From positions 1-30,414 of the forward strand of contig JBBIKO010000001.1 in assembly GCA_037445415.1 (NCBI GenBank): a DNA stretch of 30,414 bases, given 5' to 3'. Below the pieces are notes generated by a model. That model was not told the DNA's origin, did no database searches, and was given only the letters and a program-made list of their open reading frames with translations. Shown here in pieces: positions 16,795 to 24,922 of this stretch. This DNA is from Bacteroidota bacterium (GTDB taxonomy: Bacteria > Bacteroidota > Bacteroidia > Bacteroidales > GWA2-32-17). Position 1 is the first letter of the stretch. Every line of letters starts with the position of its first letter. The position numbers and the translations under genes are program-made.

Positions 16795-19700
16795 TCACTC
16801 TTTAATGAACGTATATGTCTTTATTTGTTCATTCATAATGGTTATGATATAGAGCCCTGTTGCCCAGTTTGTTAAATTAAGATTCAATGTTGATGAAGTT
16901 ACGTTATGACGCATGTATATTTGTTTGCCAAGCTCATTAGTAATAATGAGTGTTGAGTTAACAGGGATATTTTCAATGTATAGTTTTTCTTGTGCAGGAT
17001 TTGGGAATAATTTCACAGGCTCTATTTCTGAATTGCTAATATTATTACATATAATGACAGTAACGGTTATTTCGTCGGTAGCTGTACAGCCATTATTATC
17101 GGTAACAGTTACGGCATAAGAATATGTGCCAGTGCCTATTGATGAGCCATCGATGGTTATATTTGGAGTTGTTTGCCCATTGGACCATGCATAATGTGAA
17201 AAGTTACCGGCATTTATTGTCAAATAATCGGTTTGGCAGATGGTTGTATCTAATCCTAAGTTAATGACAGGCAAACTATTAACAACCACATTTACTTGAT
17301 TTATAGCAATACAACCTTTTGCATCAGTAGCAGTAACTGTATAAGTAGTATTTTGTGCAGGTGTAACAGTGATATCAGGTGTTGTTTGACCGGTATTCCA
17401 TGAATAGCTGACAATAGAATTATTAATTTCGAGAACCAACGTCCACTTGTGTAATTTACCTATATCGCTCGAAAGCAAATCGCTAACTTTAAGTTTCCAT
17501 GTACCGACAGCAGGACCGGTTAATGTGTTGAAATTTCCTTCTGGGATATAACTACCGGTAAACGGTGCATTCGTATTTGTAACCGATGAAATAGCCACAG
17601 ATGCCGTCGGGTCGAGTATTGTTCCAATAAAATTATCGCCACTACCACCACGACGATTGATTAAATTTATAGAACTATTATCCGGAGCAATTAAATCTAT
17701 CTTTAAATCACTTACAAAGGGATGAATTAACGAATCAATAATAACTCGTTTTATGGCATTCGATGCTAAAATATTTGAATTTATATTTGAAACAGTAATG
17801 TTCGATGTTACTCCGGTTGAATTATTGTCGGGAATATTTACCTGAGTTGAATTGGATTGAGATAATAACACATTTCCATAAACATTAGTAGCAGTTGTCA
17901 ATGTGGTTGATTGTCCATTGCATATTTGTGTATTACCTTGAATTGTTACCTCTGGATTTTCAACCGTTATTGTTTTTGATAATATATTGTTGGTAGTATC
18001 ATTATCGTTAGTAAATATTATTTTTTGAGTAATAGTATATGTTCCATTTAGCGATAAATCAATATTCCCAACCAATTGATTTAACAAAGCCTGACTTGCA
18101 AGTGTACCTGTGTTGAAATTATATATTAACGATTGGTTAATGGGACCACTCACTTGAATTTTGATAGTTACAGGCGTTACACTAAAATCGACGGTATTAA
18201 TTCCATTATTTTTTATCGTTACTTCAATCGGTTCGTTAGCATAACAAGCTTGTTGTATTGGACTAACAAAGTTTTCGGCAACCAAATCGTAAGGATTATA
18301 GTTTTTTATCAGGATATTATCTAAGTGAAGGTCATAATCATTAGCAGACGAAGTTTCACGGAATACCTGAAATGCAATTGTTACCCCTTGTCCGTTAAAT
18401 CCAGATAAATCGATTTCTATATTTTGTAGTGTATTCGTAAAATTAGTATTTTTTCCAAAAGCAGTTAAACGATTCCATGTAGTACCACAATCGGTAGAAT
18501 AAAAAATTCTCAAACTATCCTTAGTTCCCATTCCGTTTGCATAAGCATTAGTACTATTGTATGCCGTTAATGCCACATCGAAAGAGAGTTTTGTATATGG
18601 ACCACACAAGAATCCCGGACCTAATATCCATTCGCGTATAGGTGATCCATAGAAATTAACTTTAGCAGTAGTGTTGGATGTTCCACCAACTCCAGTCCTG
18701 TTTATCCACAGGGATGTATTACCAGATGGTACAACCCCCTGTGCTTCTTTCCAGCCTGGAAATACTGTTGAAAGATTTGAACCATTAAAACCAGTAAAAT
18801 TAACTTGTAAAGGAAAAGCAACGGTTGTATTGGTATATGTAACACTAATAGTGTCGTTATATATATACTCATCGTTTGGGTAGGAACAATAAGCTACAAA
18901 ACTATATGTAGCACCGGGTTGACCAGCATTAACTGTTTGAGATAATGTATAAATAACCGAATCGTTTGGATTGATGGTGCCTGTATAAACTTCTTGAATG
19001 GGAGGTTGATTATTAAACACTAAACTAACAGGTATGTTGCTAACCGGATTGATACCGTTATTATTAATTACTACACTAACTATTTGATTGGAATTGAGTC
19101 CACAACCATTGTTAGGTGTAACAAATCGGGTTATAGCAACATCGTAGTTCATTAAACAACTACGTTGGAAGGTAATAGTATTCATGCTGTTTAGTCGTTG
19201 ATAGAATATATGTTCGGCAGCAGCATTGCCTTTAAGTATAAATTCTAAATAAGGGATTAACAATTGGGCAACGATTTCGTGTTGTTGTTCACGTGATATA
19301 GTAGGTTGAGGGTTGGTTGTCCCTTCGCCAAAGCTACAATTAAAATTATAATCAGCGAAGTAGCAATGCCCACCACCAATAATGCCTATAAGAGTTTTAC
19401 ACGATGATGCTAATGCCTGATACATTGGTATTTGATGGTTTACCGGAGGAGTAACACCATCGTTTACACCATAAAATAAAACTGACGGAACGGTAACATT
19501 CGCAGCAGCCGCTATGGCACTGGGATTGGTTTCTGCAGCAGCAAAATTAACAAGTGTAGTTAAGTTTGTATTGTTGGCAGCAGCTAAAAATGAGCTTCCA
19601 CCACCCATTGAGTGCCCCATGATAGCACTTGTACCAAGAATGTGCTGATAAAAGTCAGATGAAGGGTTTGAACCTTCGCTCAATAAGAAGTTGTTCAAAA

Positions 19701-20040
19701 ATTTTAGGTCTTCGCCAAATGCACTGTGATTTGGCGAAATGCTTCCTTCGGTACGAGGGAAAGCCATAATATAGCCTTTTGGAACCAAGCTATCCCATAG
19801 CCATTCGTAAGAATTCCAAGCCATTACAAATCCATGACCAAAAACCAACACCGGAAATTGTCCGGCAGCAAAAGGAACATTGTTGCCTGCTGTAGTAGCC
19901 GGATAATACACCTCGGTTTGAATTGTCCTGTTGCGAGCAGGATCTACAAAATTATACTGTTTATGACCTACCTGGTAGTTTTGAGACATTACAGCCCACG
20001 TCAATAAACAAAAAACGAAAAATAATAATGTTTTTCTCAT
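16795..20040 (-). CDS. T9SS-secreted multidomain alpha/beta hydrolase (cutinase/chlorophyllase-like esterase + Ig/CARDB-like + beta-sandwich + proprotein convertase P-domain + T9SS CTD)
   Basis: Signal peptide; FGHGF; GHSMGGG (Ser144); NDGVTPP (Asp194); GGGHCYF (His225); P-domain IPDNNSTG...HPFVSDLKIDLIAPD...GTWKLKVSD; CTD KLFPNPAQEKLYI...GLYIITI...TFIKE. Confidence 0.85.
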   Translation of the reverse strand: MRKTLLFFVFCLLTWAVMSQNYQVGHKQYNFVDPARNRTIQTEVYYPATTAGNNVPFAAGQFPVLVFGHGFVMAWNSYEWLWDSLVPKGYIMAFPRTEGSISPNHSAFGEDLKFLNNFLLSEGSNPSSDFYQHILGTSAIMGHSMGGGSSFLAAANNTNLTTLVNFAAAETNPSAIAAAANVTVPSVLFYGVNDGVTPPVNHQIPMYQALASSCKTLIGIIGGGHCYFADYNFNCSFGEGTTNPQPTISREQQHEIVAQLLIPYLEFILKGNAAAEHIFYQRLNSMNTITFQRSCLMNYDVAITRFVTPNNGCGLNSNQIVSVVINNNGINPVSNIPVSLVFNNQPPIQEVYTGTINPNDSVIYTLSQTVNAGQPGATYSFVAYCSYPNDEYIYNDTISVTYTNTTVAFPLQVNFTGFNGSNLSTVFPGWKEAQGVVPSGNTSLWINRTGVGGTSNTTAKVNFYGSPIREWILGPGFLCGPYTKLSFDVALTAYNSTNAYANGMGTKDSLRIFYSTDCGTTWNRLTAFGKNTNFTNTLQNIEIDLSGFNGQGVTIAFQVFRETSSANDYDLHLDNILIKNYNPYDLVAENFVSPIQQACYANEPIEVTIKNNGINTVDFSVTPVTIKIQVSGPINQSLIYNFNTGTLASQALLNQLVGNIDLSLNGTYTITQKIIFTNDNDTTNNILSKTITVENPEVTIQGNTQICNGQSTTLTTATNVYGNVLLSQSNSTQVNIPDNNSTGVTSNITVSNINSNILASNAIKRVIIDSLIHPFVSDLKIDLIAPDNSSINLINRRGGSGDNFIGTILDPTASVAISSVTNTNAPFTGSYIPEGNFNTLTGPAVGTWKLKVSDLLSSDIGKLHKWTLVLEINNSIVSYSWNTGQTTPDITVTPAQNTTYTVTATDAKGCIAINQVNVVVNSLPVINLGLDTTICQTDYLTINAGNFSHYAWSNGQTTPNITIDGSSIGTGTYSYAVTVTDNNGCTATDEITVTVIICNNISNSEIEPVKLFPNPAQEKLYIENIPVNSTLIITNELGKQIYMRHNVTSSTLNLNLTNWATGLYIITIMNEQIKTYTFIKE

Positions 20041-20065
20041 ACTTATATAAGATTTGAAATTTATA

Positions 20066-20073
20066 CAAAAATA
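20066..20073 (-). promoter_or_regulatory. Bacteroidota -7 box TATTTTTG for the T9SS hydrolase gene
   Basis: Matches TAnnTTTG, 25 nt upstream of ATG 20040. Confidence 0.55.
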
Positions 20074-20181
20074 GTATAAAGTTTTGAATATTTCAAAAAA
20101 ATATTCATATTTTTAAATAATTTTTTCATAAAATTTTACTTTAAAAAAATATTCTTATTTTGCATACACTTTTTGACATTT

Positions 20182-20255
20182 AGGAGCATAGCTCAGCAGG
20201 TTCATAGCACCTGACTTACAAGCAGTGGGGTATGGGTTTGAATCCTATTGCTCCA
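20182..20255 (+). tRNA. Degenerate tRNA-Val(TAC), probable pseudogene
   Basis: GGAGCA/TGCTCC acceptor pairing, TAGCTCAG, anticodon loop CTTACAA (TAC at 20217-20219), T-stem ATGGG/CCTAT. There are mismatches in the D-stem, anticodon stem and 1:72 pair, and the T-loop is TTTGAAT. Confidence 0.8.
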
Positions 20256-20263
20256 CAAAATAT

Positions 20264-20298
20264 AAGGACTTCAGATGATTTTATTTGAAGGCTTTTTT
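20264..20298 (+). terminator. Imperfect intrinsic terminator after the tRNA relic
   Basis: AAGGACTTCAGAT-GATTTT-ATTTGAAGGCTT followed by a T run. Confidence 0.6.
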
Positions 20299-20495
20299 GT
20301 TTCCAGACACAATTTTGAAATGGGTATCCATTTTTTTTCATTAACACCTTAAATAATAAGAGCAAGAAAAACTTGCTTCAAAGAAATTTGTCTTTTAAAC
20401 CTTTTTCATATTGTCAATTATTAAATCTCAATAAGCCTAATTAAGCTATTTGAAGCGTTAATACATTTGAACAAAAAAATTTTTATTTGTCTTCC

Positions 20496-20520
20496 AATTA
20501 CGCATTAGAAAAATAAATAG
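20496..20520 (+). repeat. Right copy of a long inverted repeat pair (partner at 16704-16729)
   Basis: AATTACGCATTAGAAAAATAAATAG. Confidence 0.85.
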
Positions 20521-20730
20521 GTAGTGAAAATTCCTTTGATGTGTTACATAGACTTACCCGACTTCGTCTCTTAGTTGTAATAATTTCATTTTCTATTTTT
20601 TTGTAAATTAAAAATTAATAAGATATTAACATTTTTTATATATAATTTTTAGAAAGTTTTATGAATGAAAAAAATAAACGCCTACGAAAATAAATTTAGT
20701 ATTATTTTTAAAATAAAGTAAATTTTTCAT

Positions 20731-20738
20731 TATTTTTG
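20731..20738 (+). promoter_or_regulatory. Bacteroidota -7 box TATTTTTG
   Basis: Matches TAnnTTTG, 5 nt before ATG 20744. Confidence 0.5.
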
Positions 20739-20743
20739 ACTTC

Positions 20744-21709
20744 ATGAAATGGTTGTTATTATTTTTACTTTTAAATTGTAATTTGAGTGTAATTTTTGCT
20801 CAACCTATACCTACAAATGAGGAGAATATACCTTTTCTTGTAACATTTGGCGGCAATAGCGACATAAAGTGGGGTGATGACGATTTTTGTCAAATATTTT
20901 TCATATTAATACCAACTAATTATATTCAACCGTTTTATATTAGAATTTTTGATCCAGACTGTTGTGGTACGCACGATGAACCTAAAGGACCTTTTAATAC
21001 TAAAACATCCTTTTCGGTATATGGAGGTAAGTCTTGTTATACAGATCCCGCTTCAAAAAATACCGATCCTAAAGGGAATTATAAAGCAGGTAATCTATTA
21101 ACTTCCAAAAATTTTGGCGATGATTGTAAATACGATAACGAATGGTATTCAATTGGACCATTTAACCCCACTGAAGGCGAGATGGTTCCTGAATTTGGTG
21201 GTCGAATTTTTAAAATAATTATTCAGGGATTAAGTGGAGATGATGGCAATTTATATAAAATCTTTGTTAGTACTGATGCAAAAGAAAATAAAGCAATAGA
21301 AGGAGGAAATGCTTTTACTTACGAATATACTTTTAGATTGTGGGACAATCCGCAAAATATTTCTCACATTTATCCTTATGTTGACGACAAGGTAATTTCA
21401 ATAAAAATAACTAATTTCGATTGGGATAATGATGGATTGATAAGAGTAATTTCTGTAGCTAAAAATGGCTTAAAAGTTGAAGTATCTAGTGAAGGCGAAT
21501 GGAAAAGCACGGTATTACCTGTTGTAACAGAGGAGAAAAATACATCATTCGATATACAATTTGTAAAAGATAAATTTATAAAAAACAATAATGTTGTTGT
21601 TTTTGTAACAAACCAATATGGCGAATTACTCCCTTTTTATGTAAGTCCAATTGGTGGTATCCCAAAATATAAAGGAAAAATTAAGACAACACCTATAAAG
21701 AAAAAATAA
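20744..21709 (+). CDS. Secreted hypothetical protein
   Basis: 321-aa ORF with signal peptide (MKWLLLFLLLNCNLSVIFA-Q), beta-rich, acidic motifs WGDDDF, GDDGN, DWDNDG; family not recognised. Confidence 0.8.
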   Translation: MKWLLLFLLLNCNLSVIFAQPIPTNEENIPFLVTFGGNSDIKWGDDDFCQIFFILIPTNYIQPFYIRIFDPDCCGTHDEPKGPFNTKTSFSVYGGKSCYTDPASKNTDPKGNYKAGNLLTSKNFGDDCKYDNEWYSIGPFNPTEGEMVPEFGGRIFKIIIQGLSGDDGNLYKIFVSTDAKENKAIEGGNAFTYEYTFRLWDNPQNISHIYPYVDDKVISIKITNFDWDNDGLIRVISVAKNGLKVEVSSEGEWKSTVLPVVTEEKNTSFDIQFVKDKFIKNNNVVVFVTNQYGELLPFYVSPIGGIPKYKGKIKTTPIKKK

Positions 21710-21714
21710 AAGCG

Positions 21715-24700
21715 ATGAAAATATTTGCTGTGGCAGTACTGTTTGTTTTTTTTAATTTTACAACATTATCTCAAACATACCAATTCAAAGTACTATCTAC
21801 CGAAAACACTAATATTTATCCCTATATTTATTCAATCAATCAAGATTCTATTGGTTATTTGTGGTTAGGAACAGGAGATGGATTGTATTTATACGATGGA
21901 AATGTTCTAAACTCTTTCCCCTTGACTTTTATTGGTGGAGACAACTTTATAACTTCTATTGCTATAGATAAAAAAGGGATGCCATATATAGGATTAAACA
22001 ATGGAACAGTAGTGTCGAGGCAAGGAAACGAGTTTATTCTTTTAAAAGAAACAATTAGGTTTAAATCAACCATTAGTCAGATAAGTTATTCCGACAACGA
22101 CTTGTTTGTTGCAGTACAAAACAAAGGAATATACCGCATAAATCATCAATATCAAGTTTACGACTCCATCATCATTCCAAACGTACAAACATATTGCTTT
22201 ATTAAATTTAAATCTCACATTATTATAGGAACTTCAGAAGGAATATATATATATCAAAATAATCAGCTAAACTTTTTAGATCATATATCAAAATCAAAAG
22301 TAGAATGTTTTCTTTATAATCAGCATTCAAAAACTTTATTTGTAGGGACCGAAGAAGAAGGAATGTTGGAATTAACTTTAAAAAATAATCAATTACAAAT
22401 TTTTAAATCTTATTCTTTCATAGACAATATTAAAGATATTGTTGCAGACAGCGATGGAAATATTTATGTAGCTACAATGGGCAGTGGTGTTTTTTTTTAT
22501 AGAAGAAATCCTTTAAATAATACTTTTTCGTTAGAATTTCAATTTAATAATCAAAATGGTTTACCAAATTTACAAATAAAAGATTTATTTATAGATAAAG
22601 AAAATAATTTATGGATAGGTAGCTATGGAGGCGGATTATTTCAATATTACGAAAGTGCTTTCAACATTCTTTTTACAAAAATTGACGGAAAAGATGTTTC
22701 TCATACAGCCGTTTATGCTTTAAACGAATTTATATTTTCAGGAACAGCCGATGGTAAGATACTTAAAATTAATGTTAAAAATCCTCAGGTTTATAGTTCA
22801 ATTATTATTCCAGAAATAAAAAACCATAAGATAACAGCTTTATATCTTGATAATTATTTTATTTTATGGATTGGAACCGAAACTAAAGGTGTTTTTCTTT
22901 ACGATGTAATAAAAAATAAACTTATTAAACATATAAATTTCCGTGATAACTTACAAAATAATATTAGTGCTATTGATGGATACGGAAATTATCGTTGTAT
23001 AGGCACAAAAAATGGTCTTATTGTTCTAAATACAGAAAAGCAACCGTATGAATACGAAACATATACTACTGTTCAAGGACTTTCGCATAATTATATAAAT
23101 CATTTATTATGCGATTTAAAAGGTGAATTATGGATTGCTACACCTACTAACTTTATTTCCAAATATAACTTTAATACCAAAAAAATTACTCTTGAAAAAA
23201 TAAATTCAGGCGATATATTAAAAGTAACATCTCTTTGTTTAGATGTTAATAATCAATTGTGGTTAGCTACCTATGGCAACGGTATTTTTAAGTACGATAC
23301 AATTTTGACTAATTATACTTCTTCAAACGGTTTATTTTCCGATTATTCATATTCAATAATTTTTGACGAAACAGGAACTATTTGGCTAGGTCATAGGCAA
23401 GGTATTACTTCAATAAAAGGAAATACAATAAGAACTTTCTCTAAAAATATACGGCTTTATTCCGATTGCAATCCTAATGCTGTTAATATAGATAAGTATG
23501 GATCTATATGGTTTGGAACAACAAAAGGTTTAGTGCGTTATAATTATAAAAAAAGTGTAATTAACAAAGTTCCGCCAACAGTTCTTGTAACAAGTATAAA
23601 AATTAATGATGTAGAGCAATTGGTTGAACCATACATAGAACTTGAAGCTGGACGATACAAATTACAAATATCTTTTACAGGAATATCACTTCGCGAATCC
23701 GAAGGTGTTACTTTTCAATACATTCTTGAAGGGTATGATGTAAGCTGGTCAGAAATAACTAACAACAGAACAGTATTATACCCACGATTAGAAGAAGGAA
23801 CATATACGTTTAAGGTTATAGCTTATAACTACGACAAAGTAGCATCTTTAAAGCCTTATACTGTAAAAATTAAAATTCTACCACCTTTTTACAAACGTTG
23901 GTGGTTTATACTTGTTTCAGCTTTATTTGTGATTTACATGTTTTATATTATATTAAAAATTAGAGAACGTAACCATAAACGAATGGAGAAAATATTAAAA
24001 GAAAAACTTGATCAAAGAACAAAAGAAGTTGTTAAACAAAAAGAACTTATTGAACGAAAAAATAAAGATATTACAGATAGTATTCAATATGCTAAAAGGA
24101 TACAAGAAGCTATATTCCCTTCGCTAAAAACCTTACAGGAATACTATCCACAATCATTTGTCTTTTATTTACCACGCGATATTGTAAGTGGCGATTTTTA
24201 TATGTTTAGTCCGATAGAAAAATCGTTTATTATTATTTGTGCCGATGCAACAGGACATGGTGTTCCCGGTGCTTTTATGTCTTTAATTTCGAGTACTATA
24301 TTAAAAGATATATTACATAAATACAAATCAATAAAACCAAGCCAATTATTATACCAGCTCGATGCTGAAATTAGTCAAATTTTTAATCAAGAAAATTCAG
24401 AAACACAAGATGGACTTGATCTGTCTGTTTGTTTGTTCGACCAAACTACAAATATTCTTACGTTTAGTGCCGCTATGCGACCTTTGCTTATCTTTAAAAA
24501 CAATAAATGGACATATTATAAAGGAAGCAGATATTCTATAGGTTTCTCTAAATACAATATACAAAAAGAATTCACCGATAACTACATAAAATTAGATAAA
24601 GGCGATAGGTTTTATCTCTTTACCGATGGATTGCCTGATCAATTTAGTAACGATAACAAAAAACTTAAAATCAGTGGCTTAATTCACTGGTTAGAAGAAA

Positions 24701-24813
24701 TACAAAATCTTAGTTTAATTGAACAACAAAAAGAATTGCATAAAAAACTAATACTATGGAAAGGCGAACAACATCAAATTGATGATATTTTACTTATAGG
24801 AGTTGAAGTTTAA
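21715..24813 (+). CDS. Two-component regulator propeller / Y_Y_Y / TM / SpoIIE (PP2C) sensor phosphatase
   Basis: Repeated propeller blades (LWLGTGDGL, LWIGSYGGGL, IWFGTTKGL); Y_Y_Y domain FQYILEGYD...YPRLEEGTYTFKV; TM PPFYKRWWF; PP2C motifs IVSGDFY, ADATGHGVPGAFMS, FTDGLPDQF, QIDDILLIG. Confidence 0.9.
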   Translation: MKIFAVAVLFVFFNFTTLSQTYQFKVLSTENTNIYPYIYSINQDSIGYLWLGTGDGLYLYDGNVLNSFPLTFIGGDNFITSIAIDKKGMPYIGLNNGTVVSRQGNEFILLKETIRFKSTISQISYSDNDLFVAVQNKGIYRINHQYQVYDSIIIPNVQTYCFIKFKSHIIIGTSEGIYIYQNNQLNFLDHISKSKVECFLYNQHSKTLFVGTEEEGMLELTLKNNQLQIFKSYSFIDNIKDIVADSDGNIYVATMGSGVFFYRRNPLNNTFSLEFQFNNQNGLPNLQIKDLFIDKENNLWIGSYGGGLFQYYESAFNILFTKIDGKDVSHTAVYALNEFIFSGTADGKILKINVKNPQVYSSIIIPEIKNHKITALYLDNYFILWIGTETKGVFLYDVIKNKLIKHINFRDNLQNNISAIDGYGNYRCIGTKNGLIVLNTEKQPYEYETYTTVQGLSHNYINHLLCDLKGELWIATPTNFISKYNFNTKKITLEKINSGDILKVTSLCLDVNNQLWLATYGNGIFKYDTILTNYTSSNGLFSDYSYSIIFDETGTIWLGHRQGITSIKGNTIRTFSKNIRLYSDCNPNAVNIDKYGSIWFGTTKGLVRYNYKKSVINKVPPTVLVTSIKINDVEQLVEPYIELEAGRYKLQISFTGISLRESEGVTFQYILEGYDVSWSEITNNRTVLYPRLEEGTYTFKVIAYNYDKVASLKPYTVKIKILPPFYKRWWFILVSALFVIYMFYIILKIRERNHKRMEKILKEKLDQRTKEVVKQKELIERKNKDITDSIQYAKRIQEAIFPSLKTLQEYYPQSFVFYLPRDIVSGDFYMFSPIEKSFIIICADATGHGVPGAFMSLISSTILKDILHKYKSIKPSQLLYQLDAEISQIFNQENSETQDGLDLSVCLFDQTTNILTFSAAMRPLLIFKNNKWTYYKGSRYSIGFSKYNIQKEFTDNYIKLDKGDRFYLFTDGLPDQFSNDNKKLKISGLIHWLEEIQNLSLIEQQKELHKKLILWKGEQHQIDDILLIGVEV

Positions 24814-24873
24814 AAAGACAGTTTAAATTTTGTTAAAATCAAAAAAAATATTGCTTTTATTAAATACGTATAT

Positions 24874-24881
24874 TACTTTTG
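24874..24881 (+). promoter_or_regulatory. Bacteroidota -7 box TACTTTTG
   Basis: Matches TAnnTTTG, upstream of ATG 24923, with a TTG about 20 nt further upstream. Confidence 0.55.
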
Positions 24882-24922
24882 GTAGGTTTTTTGAGATATA
24901 AAGTTTAAAAAATATCATCATT

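Noticed and set aside
16913-18883. Track ORFs 16913-17119, 18133-18324, 18671-18883
   Set aside because: Antisense shadows of the T9SS hydrolase gene.
16704-20520. Inverted repeats as XerCD dif/pdif sites
   Set aside because: ATTACGCATTA matches the E. coli XerC arm (GGTGCGCATAA) at 7/11, but no XerD-like TTATGTTAAAT arm follows at 6-bp spacing in either copy.
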